A DNA stretch of 64,000 nucleotides from Okamejei kenojei. Taxonomy: Eukaryota. Of this stretch, positions 51,762 through 62,617 are shown one piece after another. Numbering within the stretch: position 1 is the first letter of the stretch; every line of letters starts with the position of its first letter. The stretch is taken from assembly GCA_035221665.1 (NCBI GenBank), contig CM069174.1, positions 8,122,001 through 8,186,000 on the forward strand, in the 5' to 3' direction. The position numbers were made by a program, and so were the translations under genes. The notes beneath the pieces were generated by a model. The model was not told where the DNA came from. It did not search any database and saw only the letters and a list, made by a program, of their open reading frames with translations.

Positions 51762-52370
51762 GATAGTGGTTAACCTAGAGTAATTAATATCATGAGATAT
51801 GAACAACCAGAGAAATTAAGGGACTGAAATGGACAAATGCCCTGGAACCAACTGCAAACATTCATGGTTCTAAGAGAGGTAGCTGTAAAAATTGCAGGTG
51901 CATTAGCAGTGATACTTCAAAATTCAAAATTCACCATTTTCTAAAAGATTGGAAGGCGGCAAATCTGACATCGCCATTTAAGAAAGCAGGGAGAGAGGGG
52001 GAAAGAAAAAAGAAACTATAGGCTAATTAGCCTGACATCTAATTAGCCTGACATCTGCCATAATGTGCAAAATGGACAGCCCTGAATGTGTAGAAAATCA
52101 TAATATTATTAAGAGAGTCAATACAAATTTAAGGGAAAATAGTCAGAGAAAAAAATCCTGACAAATGTGGGAAATGTGAAATTGTGCCACTTAATCCAGA
52201 ATCAAAAGATGGATTAATATCTAAATGGAGAGAGACTACAAAGAGTGAAGTTCAGAAATCATGGTGTTCTGGACTATGAATCTCAAGAAGTTAGCAGGTA
52301 AGTTCAACATGTGATAAAGCAAACAAGCAGCAGCATGTTGGCCTTCATGACAAAGGGGTTGAAGGTCATT
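51762..52370 (+). mobile_element. Decayed CR1 LINE RT fragments
   Basis: aagattggaaggcggcaaat...ccatttaagaaagcaggg...aactataggctaattagcctgacatc corresponds to DWKxANxTPLFKKG...NYRPISLTS. Confidence 0.7.
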
Positions 52371-53348
52371 TTCAGGTTGACAGGCTGGTTATCCTGCATC
52401 AAGTGCCTCACTTCATACTCCTAAGCTTTTCCACCACCTGCAGGGTACAAGTCAGTCATGTCATGTCTACCAGCCTTGGAGCTTCAGAAAGCTTGATAGA
52501 TCCACTTGCATTTCCCTGACTCAACCTCTACTGCTCAAAAAGAACAAGGGTAGTAATTTAATGGGATAGCCACCCCCTACACATTCTCCACCCCACAGAG
52601 TTTCTCAACATTCTGACGTTGCCATCACAGGATCTAAGTCATTGGAAGTCCTTTCCTAGCAGCACTTGGAGAATCTTCACCAATAAAGACTGTTGGAGTT
52701 TCATAAGGTGCTTTGCCATCCCTTTGTCAAGCAGATGCTGCCCAACCTGCTGAGTACTTTCAGCATTTCCTGTTCACATTTCACATTTCCTGTATCAGCA
52801 GCTTTTAGGATTTTAATTCCCAACCTTGAGGTCACCATCAACCATATCTCTAATAGTTACTTGATCAAACCCATTGTAATATATTTGCATAGTCAGTTTG
52901 TCTTTTATGTCTCAAATGCCTGTATGCATTCAGACATTAATTTTCATCTTTTATAGCCTTTTACCTTGAATTTGCTTTGTTTACCAATGTGCTATTGTGG
53001 TAACCATACCGACCCTTCCTATCTCACTCCGGATTATCATTTCCCAAATTACTGCTTTGCTCACACGCAAACGCACATCAGCGTTTTCTTTTTTAGTTTC
53101 AAGCTTTCTCTTCATCTAATTATAGAGATTTTCTATAAACGTTCAAAATAGTTATGAAGAGAAATGACAAAGCGCAGTTGGCTCTTCCTGCTCTTGCTTT
53201 GGGATTACATTTAGTAATCTAGTATGGACTCCTGAAAAATGAACTTAATCATACCTGATTTTATGGATTTTGATTGTGCTTTGGAGTATTTGAGTGAAAA
53301 TGCTGAGGTGTGAAGCTGAGTTTAATTTGTTTTTTTTGTTTATGCAAG

Positions 53349-53501
53349 ATTAAGGAATTTCAAGAAATTAGCAAGAAAAACCTGGCTCCAAAATCGAAAA
53401 GGACACAAAAAGCAAATGACAGAGGCACCAACTCACGAAAGAAGAGTAAAAAGGAAGAGGGAATAAAAAGTACAGATGCCCTCATGAAGCAGTTGCAACA
53501 G
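53349..53501 (+). CDS. KMT2D: KMT2D coding exon (basic; KKNLAPKSKRTQKANDR...DALMKQLQQ); acceptor could be 53349 or 53355
   Basis: Homology to human KPLTPKPKRVQKASDR; CAG|gtatca donor. Confidence 0.92.
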
Positions 53502-53890
53502 GTATCAGTTCATGATTTTAATTAACTTGGTATCACTTGGAATCTTGAGATCAGACAGTAAAGTCATATCAATCAATTACAGAGAATTCTCCCATCTTTT
53601 TCATGTGAGCTTTGCATGGCATAGTACCTCCCTGATGTCAGGTTATGGGGCAAGAAGAACTTGTTCAGATTCATGGCACAACCAAGCTAAATATAATAAA
53701 TTGAGTTGAAGTGAAAAGGGGGAAAACAAAATAGAATATGAGAATTAAATGTCATTTAACATAAAGGATTGCAAGAGTATGTATGTTAAATATTTACACG
53801 ATTGTTCATGTGTGAATCTGTAGATTACATGCCAAGCTGTTGATGTGCTTCTCTCGACTGTGGGCATAATTATCATTTTTATCCCCCCAG

Positions 53891-54055
53891 CAACTGTCCC
53901 TTCTCCCTTTGATGGAACCTACCGTTGAGGTTAATTTTGGCCTCTTTCCTCCATTTGGGAGCCGTCCCTTCAATAACAAGAACCAACTGAAAGGATCATT
54001 TGGGAATGCAGTGCTGGATAGTGTTCCAGATTACTACTCGCAGCTTCTCTACAAG
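53891..54055 (+). CDS. KMT2D: KMT2D coding exon (QLSLLPLMEP...PDYYSQLLYK)
   Basis: ccccag acceptor, AAG|gtaaat donor, strong homology. Confidence 0.96.
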
Positions 54056-54067
54056 GTAAATGTGACT

Positions 54068-54203
54068 TCTTCTTGCGTATGGCATGCACAGCCTAAAGTT
54101 GTCGGACAACTTGTTCTATTTGATCTTATTTGATTGTGCACGGCGGGTTGATTGCATTAGTCGAAACAGGGCGGACCACGTGAAGGTTGCAATCTCCCAC
54201 CCC
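54068..54203 (-). mobile_element. 136-bp (GAA)-tailed retroposon with HDV-like ribozyme head (element A)
   Basis: Perfect 12-bp TSD gtaaatgtgact at 54056-54067 and 54204-54215; minus-strand tail ccatacgcaagaaga. Confidence 0.9.
54150..54203 (-). ncRNA. Minimal HDV/CPEB3-like self-cleaving ribozyme (54 nt, predicted)
   Basis: GGGGUGG-GA-GAUUGCA-ACC-UUCACGU-GGU-CCGCCCU-GU-UUCGA-C-UAA-UGCAAUC: P1 7 bp with G1-U wobble, P2 7 bp perfect, P3 3 bp, canonical L3 and J4/2. Confidence 0.85.
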
Positions 54204-54523
54204 GTAAATGTGACTGAAATTACACTTATGGTTGCATTTAGCATAATTTGCTGAGATAAGTTAAGTAAAAGATCTAGCTTACCCTACAGAATAATGCGAT
54301 TCAATCATTCAGCTTGGAAATGGGCCCTTTGGCCCAGCCTTTGGTGCTGTGTGTGTGGAGTTTGCTCATTCTCTCTGTGACCACATTCACTGAATGCTTC
54401 AGTTTCCTCCCACAATCCTAAAGTTGTGTTGGTAGGTTAATTGGTTAGAATAAATTGCCCTTTAGTGCATCTATATGGTACTAAAATGATGAAAGAATAA
54501 TCAATTTGGCAGTGAATAATAAA

Positions 54524-54777
54524 CAGTGGTGCAGCGGTAGTTGCTGCCTCACTGCGCCAGAGACCCGGGTTCGATCCTGACTACGGGTGCTGTCTACCTG
54601 TGTTTGCGCGGGTTTCCTCCCACACTCCAAAGACGTGCGGGTTTGTAGGTTAATTAGCTTCAATAAAAATTGTGAATTGTCCCTAGTGTGTAGGATAGTG
54701 CTAATGTACGGGGTTAATTGCTGGTCCATGTGGGCTCGGTGGGCCAAAGATACTGTTTCCACACTTTAAAGTCTAAA
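54524..54777 (+). mobile_element. HE1-like V-SINE
   Basis: A box, B box gggttcgatcc, V-domain; further copies at ~34900-35170 (+), ~56637-56832 (-) and ~61080-61286 (-). Confidence 0.8.
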
Positions 54778-55261
54778 GGAGTTGATGGATATGTGAGAGT
54801 GAATACATTTCCTGTACCTCTGCAAATAAGATGATGAATGGGATTGTTCCACTGAGAGCCAGCAGGAACACAATGAGTTGAATGGGCTCATCCCGTGTTT
54901 GCAAGTATTGTGTCACTGCTATTGTTTAGTAATCTCACTGCTTTGTAAAGTCTGAATTAAGTCTCAGACAGAGCGTTTTCTGTTGCCTTCCAAAGTTAAA
55001 TCTTGTTTGTTGGCATCTGATAAAAGCAGTGAGTCAAAAATGTAGTTTGGATCTGTCAAAGCTAATTAATGGATCAGTAGTGATGAAAATGCTGTCTGGA
55101 ACATAGGTGAGTGGAGACTGAGACTTGCAGACAGAAATAGTCTAACATGTTGAACTCAAAAATAATTCTGTGAATATATTGGTAACTCAAGGACTTTAGG
55201 TGAAACATTTTGTATGCTGGTCGAGCTTTAGAAAAATATACTATTTCAAACCAAAGACAAC

Positions 55262-55935
55262 AATCTCGACTACACTTCTTCCCACCCTGTTTCCTGCAAA
55301 GACTCTATCCCCCTACTCCCAATTCCTCCGTCTATGCCGCATCTGTGCCCAAGATGAGGTGTTCCATACTAGAACATCCGAGATGACCTCATTCTTCAGG
55401 GAACGGGGGTTCCCCTCTCCCATCATAGATGAGACCCTCACTTGTGTCTCCTCGGTACCCGGCAGCTCTGCCCTTGCTCCCCCTCCCCCGAGTTGCAACA
55501 GAGACAGAGTCCCCCTAGTCCTTACCTTCCACCCCATCAGCCGTCGCATACAGCACATTTCCGCCACCTCCAACGGGATCACACCACCTGCTGCATTTTC
55601 CCATCTCCACACCTCTCCGCCTTNNNNNNNNNNNNNNNNNNNNNNNNNNNNNNNNNNNNNNNNNNNNNNNNNNNNNNNNNNNNNNNNNNNNNNNNNNNNN
55701 NNNNNNNNNNNNNNNNNNNNNNNNNNNNNNNNNNNNNNNNNNNNNNNNNNNNNNNNNNNNNNNNNNNNNNNNNNNNNNNNNNNNNTGTTCTTTATCTCTC
55801 CAAATCACCATCTATATCTCTTGTTTCCCTTATCCCTAACCAGTCTGACGAAGGATCTCGACCCGAAACGTCACCCATTCCTTCTCCAGAGATGCTGCCT
55901 GTCCCGCTCAGCTACTCCAGCATTTTGTGTTTACA
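55262..55935 (+). mobile_element. Penelope-like retroelement fragment (RT C-terminal part plus terminal repeat), gapped
   Basis: PYSQFLRLCRICAQDEVFHTRTSEMTSFFRERGFP and RVPLVLTFHP motifs; N gap at 55624-55785. Confidence 0.85.
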
Positions 55936-56170
55936 ATTTATTTCATAATGCTGTCTTAATTGTATGCATTTGTTGTGTTCTGTACATGTTTGTGGAAGAA
56001 TATCTTGCAGATATTTGGTGCTCTTTAACTTTCAAAAGAAAGTTACATTGGTTTGGACCTTGAGTGCAAGGTCGTCTCTTTCCATTTTCTGGCATTTAAA
56101 TTAAATTTTAAATGCCAGAAAATGGATAAAATTAAATGGCATGTCAATTAAATTTTCTGTCCGTCTTCAG

Positions 56171-56312
56171 CAGAACAATCTGAGTAACCCACCAACGCCA
56201 CCTTCTTCGCTGCCTCCTACGCCACCTCCCTCTGTTCAGCAGAAACTGGTAAATGGTTTAGCCACTTCTGAGGAGCTCACTGAAAGACAGAAAGAACATG
56301 AAGGACAAAAAG
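56171..56312 (+). CDS. KMT2D: KMT2D coding exon (NNLSNPPTPPSSLPPTPPPSVQQKLVNG)
   Basis: Near-identical to human; CAGCAG tandem acceptor; G|gtattc donor. Confidence 0.96.
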
Positions 56313-57125
56313 GTATTCATTAGAGCAAAATTATTGGCACAGTAGATAATGATTTGATCTAACCCTATCAAGAGGGATTTTTTGATTTTAATGAGAAGTA
56401 AAATTTGTGTGGGGCGGGGAGTTGATGGGAATGTGGGGAGAATAAAATTGGTGTAGGGGGGAACCATGCAAACATATGTGTTTGGTTTCAGCGCCGACTC
56501 AGTGGCCTGAATTTGCCGTTTCCACAATGCATCTCGCAATGACTGAGTCTCAGATTGCTTTGTGAAAGGTTTTGCATTGAATTTCCAGGACCTTAATGTT
56601 AATAACTGTTTCCCACCCCACCAAAATCCTACCATTCACGTACACAATAGTTAGGGGTGACTTACAGTGGTCAGTTCACCTACCACCAGCATGTCTTTGG
56701 GATGTTGGAGGAAACTGGAGCACCCAGGGGAGGATGTGGAAACTCCACACAGATGGGACTCGAGGTCAGGATTGAACCCTGATCACTGGAGTAAAAGGCA
56801 GCAGCTCTACTAGCTGTGCCATTGTGGTGTCCAAATCTTAAATTATTTTTTTTTAAAAGATGGATTGATTTTGAGTGATATTCTGTTCAAAAAAAAAAAA
56901 TTCAAATGCTATTATGTTTTATTGTAAGTTGGAATTAAACTGAAGTGATTGTATTTAATTAGAAAACCTTTTATTGGTGAGATTCACTATCTTGTCATAT
57001 TGGTTTTAATTTCTGATATGCCCGTGGCATGGTACATAGCTCACAGCTGAATATTATGTAACTTTTGTCCTTGGTTTATTTATTACAATGCAGTGTAATG
57101 CTATTTTTATTCTACTTCATTGCAG

Positions 57126-57207
57126 ATCTCATGACGACAGAACTGAAAAATATGGACATGTTGGCTTCCTTGCCCACACCACCACACAATCAAAATGAAG
57201 ATCTAAG
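57126..57207 (+). CDS. KMT2D: KMT2D coding exon (ELKNMDMLASLPTPPHNQNEDL)
   Basis: ttgcag acceptor; homology to human LDLLAALPTPPHNQTEDVR; weak donor AG|gttttt. Confidence 0.9.
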
Positions 57208-57883
57208 GTTTTTTATTTACCGCTAAGACTTCTTTAAAATTCTACTCGCTCTTTTTCTTAAATGCTCACTGATTTATTTTAAGTCTTCAATTTTCATAAG
57301 AGTAAAGCTTTACTGCCGTAAGTCACTGCGCTATTTACACAAAGTCGCAGGTGGATTTTGTACCTAATTGGCATGCAATCCTAGAGCATTGTGCAAAGGC
57401 CTTTGCACAATCCTTTATTTCTTGTAACAGGTCGCCAAATTGACCTGGGCTGTCAAACTGGAGACCAATTTGAATCCCAATATAGCAGCTGGGAGATTTA
57501 AATTCAAATGATTCAATAAATCTGGATTTAAAAAGGTAGTCTCCTCAGTAATGATAATTATGAAACTACCAGATTGGCATAAAAACCCATTTGGTTTTCT
57601 AATGCCTCTCATGCAAGAATATCTGCTTCCCTTGTCCAGTTTTTTGTGTGTGATCCCTTCAGGAATACATCACAAGCTCTGGCATATCACAGAATAAGCA
57701 TGTGCAACCAAGGATGAATTATTTTCCTTTTTTTTTTAACTTTAAGATTACCTTTAAAGTAACCAAAGTTCTTGAGTGACAATGATGTGTTCAGTTGCCT
57801 TATGATGAGAATCTACCTGCAGTCCAGGATGTTGCAGCAGTTCTAAATCGTAAAGACATTGATTCATACTTTCTTCTCAACAG

Positions 57884-58062
57884 TAGAGCAGAGTTGGAAG
57901 AGGACAGACAAACCCCTGACAGCATTGTGCCGGCATCCTCACCAGAAAGTGTCCTTGGGCAGGAAACATCCCGGTTTCCCTTGCTGACTGAAGTGAAGGA
58001 AGAGTCAATGGACCGTGCCCTATCTCCTGTAATTCCCATCATTCCAGGAGCTTGTATCCCAG
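57884..58062 (+). CDS. KMT2D: KMT2D coding exon (PDSIVPASSPESVLG...DRALSPVIPIIP)
   Basis: CAGTAG tandem acceptor (57884 or 57887); G|gttagt donor; strong homology. Confidence 0.95.
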
Positions 58063-58616
58063 GTTAGTATGAGAAATTGCTAATTGCCAACAAAGCAATG
58101 TTTAATCATTGCTTACTATGTTTACTGTGATCCTGTGGTCGCAAAGAATTCTATAATACCTTTCTAATTGTATCCCTGCACCTTCTGCAATGTTTTGCCC
58201 TGCACCAATTTTCTACAATGTTGAGCACTCGGTATTTGTCATTAAGTTGCCTTTTAATGCCATTTCCAACCCTCTATGTTCCTTAACTTTCTGATTTGGG
58301 AACCCCCCTAATTTAGTGGGAAAATATTTAGTCAAAACCTTCATCTTATTGAATGCCTTCAAGTCATGATGCTGATTTCCTTTCATGTCGCAGATTATAG
58401 TCCATTTTTTCACCAGCTCGTATCTCATTCTGGGAGATTTCTTTCTCTCCATCTGGTTTAACTTATTTTCTATCACTTTGGTAAATCTAACTAAATTATG
58501 ATTGCTGTCTCCAAATTATTTTCCCACTGCCCTTTGTCCAGTTAGATCCTTGAAACAAAGTCCTGTACTGCCCCCTCTTGATCAGTTTGTGAAATACCTT
58601 TTTTTAAACATTCTCT

Positions 58617-59246
58617 TGAATAAGTGAGTTCGGTATTCTGACTGCGCATGCCCAGGTCATAGGTCACTCGCAATAAACACGCTCGGCAACCGTGGCGCCG
58701 CATGCACACAGACCTGCACCTTGTCCGCAGCCAGGATCGGGCCCGGGTCTTTGGCGCCCCAAGAGCTGCCGAACCGCCACTGGACCATCCCCGTCCCCTC
58801 CCGAGTGCCCCACCCCCGTCCGGAGGCAGTCGGAGACGTAGAGAGTCCGACTGGAGCTGTGCCCCAGGCCCATGGCCAGCGCAGAGAAGAAGCACTAACT
58901 CCAGATCAACTCTGCCTGTCCCGCCGGGTTAACCGACAGTCCTGGACTGACCGGACACCAGCCCGAAGCAGTGGAGTTAGTGCTTCTTCCCCACGCTGGC
59001 TGTAAGCCTGGGCCGCCACTCACGTCTGACTTGCGTCAGTCCAGGGCTGTCAGGAGGGGACGGGGATGGTCCAGTGACGTTCGGCAGCGCTTGCGGCGCC
59101 GGAGACCCAGGTTCGATCCTGGCTGCGGACGTGGCACAGGTCTTGTGCATGCGGCGACACAGTTGCCGAGAGTGTTTATCGCGAGTGACCTTTGACAAAT
59201 CCCATGATTCCTTGCGTTTTTCGGAATACCAAATTTTGCTTATTCA
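58617..59246. mobile_element. GC-rich foldback element with tRNA-like inverted arms
   Basis: Outer imperfect IR tgaataag...ggtattc(t/c)ga; inner ~145-bp inverted arms at 58656-58802 and 59053-59196. Confidence 0.7.
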
Positions 59247-59259
59247 TTTCAAGGATTCA

Positions 59260-59670
59260 AGATAGTGAATAAGGTTGTGAACGTTTACAGCAGGATATGG
59301 ATCGATTGGCCAGGTGGGCGGAGGTATGGTTGATGGAATTTAATACAGTGAAGTGTGAGGTGTTGCATTTTGTGACGTTGAACAAGGGCAGGACCTACAC
59401 AGTAAATAGTAGGCCTCTGGGTAGTGTTGTCGAGCAGAGGGATCTAGGAGTACAAGTGCATGGTTCCTTGAAGGTCGAGTCGTAGGTAGATAAAGGTAGA
59501 CAAAGGTGGCACTTTGGCCTTCAACAGTTAGAGTATTGAGTCTAGAAGTTGGGAGATTATGTTGCAGTTATATAAAGACATTGGTGAGACCGCATTTGAA
59601 TATAGTGTTCAGTTCTGGGCACCATGTTATTGGAAAGATATTGTCAAGTTTGAAAGGGTTCAGAAAAGAT
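59260..59670 (+). mobile_element. CR1 LINE RT C-terminal fragment
   Basis: LQQDMDRLARWAEVWLMEFNTVKCEVLHF...EQRDLGV and YKTLVRPHL motifs. Confidence 0.88.
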
Positions 59671-59929
59671 CTATGGTCCTCTCGTGGCATCAGAATCCTT
59701 CCAATATTAGTTATTATGTATGACATACGTTGTTAATCTATATGCAGGAGCACCTGGTGCGAAATGTCATTTAAACTGTCTTTAAACTTGGACTTGCTAA
59801 TGCAATATGTAGATGATACTTCTATTCAAATAAGTAAATACAGCGTTTTAGGTTAATTTTGTAATTTTAAGTCCACATTTCAATTCTGAGTTACCAATTT
59901 GTCCATTTCAAATATTTGTTTCTCTTTAG

Positions 59930-60072
59930 TATTTCCTGATACAAAGCCATTTGTAAATACAGAACCATTTGTCGAAAATACTGAGAAGGACGCACCTTTC
60001 TCTGGTCCATGGAAGAGTGAAAAAGGAAACCAGGTTGCAGTCACGCTCACTGTCTCAGGAACTGTTGCCAAG
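59930..60072 (+). CDS. KMT2D: KMT2D coding exon (VFPDTKPF...VAVTLTVSGTVAK)
   Basis: ctttag acceptor, gtaaat donor, homology. Confidence 0.94.
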
Positions 60073-60343
60073 GTAAATAAATAATTTAACCTATTCTGGT
60101 CTGGTTCTTGGCAGTTTGATTCATGGCAGCCGGTGTCATTGGAAAGTCGTATTGCACAAAATCATTAAATGTTCTCCTGTTTACCACAGGTAGACATCGT
60201 ACAAAATGTAATGCAAATTCTGTACACATTAACACTGAACAAATACATCTTTGAGATGAAGATATAGGTATAAAGAAACAAGATTAGGAATGGTACGAAC
60301 TGGTTTTGTGTATTTAATATCTCAATAACTGTATTTGTTATAG

Positions 60344-60485
60344 GATATAAATAGAATGATGACAGTTCTTGCCCAGTTGCTCCAAATGAAGATCCCAGGA
60401 TCCTACGAAGTTGCGGCTGTTCCAGACGGTTCACGGTCTTTCCTGCCAGGTGGGAAAAAATCCACGTTGGAAGCCCCTGATCAAG
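60344..60485 (+). CDS. KMT2D: KMT2D coding exon (DINRMMTVLAQLLQMKIPGSYEV...)
   Basis: ttatag acceptor, gtatgt donor; homology to human VAELLSMKIPNSYEV. Confidence 0.93.
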
Positions 60486-61429
60486 GTATGTGTAACTTTG
60501 ACCTTTTCAAAACTAAGTCATTTGAATCCATCGCTGGGAATTAGATATTTCCCATGGACAATAAATCCTATGCTCCATAAGCGAAAAGTAACAAACCATG
60601 ATCAATTGTGCTACTCTGGTCATTTCTATTCAAGTAAGCAAACCAACAGTTTCTAAACTAACTTTGCAACTTTGGAGTCGGAAATTGACTCTTGACATCC
60701 TGTGTTTTCCGCAGATGGGGTTTTGGAACGTATTTGATTTCCTTAATTGCTCAGCATTCAAAATAGATGGTTATCTATATCGTTTGTTGTCAATTTCAGT
60801 TTGTTAACAATTAAAGTAATGAAAAAAGACTGTTGGATTCATCATACATCATATACTGTCTGTTATATTCTTGGCTCTGTTTAATTAACCCCCACAAAGC
60901 AAGGTTGTCCCCAAACACCACCCATCCCAAACACAATCTAATTATTTATTTCATCATACATCACTCATTGAATTATATAGAAATTACAACAATTGGGCCA
61001 TTTGACCCAACTTTTGTTAAAGTTTCCATGTATATTTCCTTAGAGAGAGGAAGCTATTTCAGCCCATCAGGCCTATGCCAGCTCACAGAGCAATCCGGTT
61101 AATCTACCAACCCGCATATCTTTTGGGATGTGGGAAGAAACTAGAAACCCTAAACTGGAGGAGGAAACATGCCGTCGCAGAGAGAAAATGCGTACTCCAC
61201 TTCGACAGCACCCGAGGTCAGGATTGAACCTGGGTTACTGGAGTGGTGACTCAACAATGTTATTAGCTGCATCACTGTGCTGCCCCAAAGACGTTTCCTC
61301 CATTTGAGCAGTACTACTTAACTCTCAATATAAAACAGTAACAACAGTCATACATACTTCCTGATTACCAAAACTAGCACCATTTTCCTTGCTAGTTGAT
61401 AATGTTGACGTTTTAATTCTTTTTCTTAG

Positions 61430-61563
61430 TAGGCTCCAAAGAAGATTCAGTGGATTTGGAGAAACTGGTGTTGGAAAAACACAACTGGTTCAAGCAATAT
61501 GATGTCACGTTACCAGGCTCTGCCCTTAAGAAACCAGGGGAAGAGATGGCAACTGCCACACCG
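61430..61563 (+). CDS. KMT2D: KMT2D coding exon (...NWFKQYDVTLPGSALKK...)
   Basis: TAGTAG tandem acceptor; gtatgt donor; homology to human DWLKQFDAVLPG. Confidence 0.92.
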
Positions 61564-62617
61564 GTATGTGTATACTTCCAGCTGAAGTGCATGTGGCTAT
61601 TGGGATACATTTTGATGGGGAGAGGGATATTTAAGTATGACTAGCGATGGTTATGGAAATCCCTGATTTCTTGGAGCTTGCTTGAGAACTCGGAGAAGTT
61701 TCCTAATTTTCCTGAAATTAACCACAATTGCTCTTTTTAGTTATTGCCTCCTGAAGTATAGGATGATCTCATTGACAGCTGGATTGATCATTTAGTAAAA
61801 TGTTCAACTTTAATCCACTTACATGTCGCAGTGGTTGATGGTCAAGACCCCAAACTGCCAGATGAAATTTGGTTGGTACACCAACATGATTTTCAAACAC
61901 ACTTTGAGTACAGTAGAAAAGTTTTTTTTTAAGAAGAGAGCGTTCACGTTTTCAGTGACATCCATGACTCAGCTGGTAGCAATCTTGGTAGTTAGAAAGC
62001 TTTCAATTCTGACTCCAGAGATGTGAATTGAAAAATATACACATCGCTTTAACACAGTACTTATTCAGTGCTACACTGTACTGTGGCAGATCTTTCAGAT
62101 GACATATTAAACAGAACCCTAATGGGTTGTCTTGTGAACTTAAACAAATTAAAGGTGGCATCCACAATGTCCTTCATTCAACATCACTAAAGCGAATTAC
62201 CTGGTCCTATCATTGATCTTTTTAGGAACTTAGTGTACAAAGATTGGCTGGTGCATTTCTTGCAGTTGATATATGTTTACACTTGTGACTTTACTTAAAA
62301 ATATTTAAATGGTCTGCAAACATAAAAACGACAGCCCTTGGCAGAAGGCAATTAGCAACGTGAGCTTGGCTAGAGTGGGAAGAGGTTGCAGAGGTATGGA
62401 AGAGCAAACTGTGGAGGGACTACCAGATAAGTCAAAAAATTTCAAATCGACGCATTGGGGAATGAAAATTGGCTGAAACCAGTGTTGCCGCGGAGTCACT
62501 GTGCAAAAGGTTTTGAATTACACTTTTTTAAAGTGAGAAATCGATTGTTGTTTTCAATATATTGGTAACTTATGTTGTTTCAAAACATAATGGCTTCTAT
62601 TGCTATTCTCTCTTCAG

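Noticed and set aside
59053-59130. Bona fide tRNA gene
   Set aside because: No convincing cloverleaf or anticodon arm by eye; it lies within an inverted-repeat element.
61938-61955. GCGTTCACGT matching a ribozyme P3/L3 start
   Set aside because: No complementary CGC, P1 or P2 partner follows.
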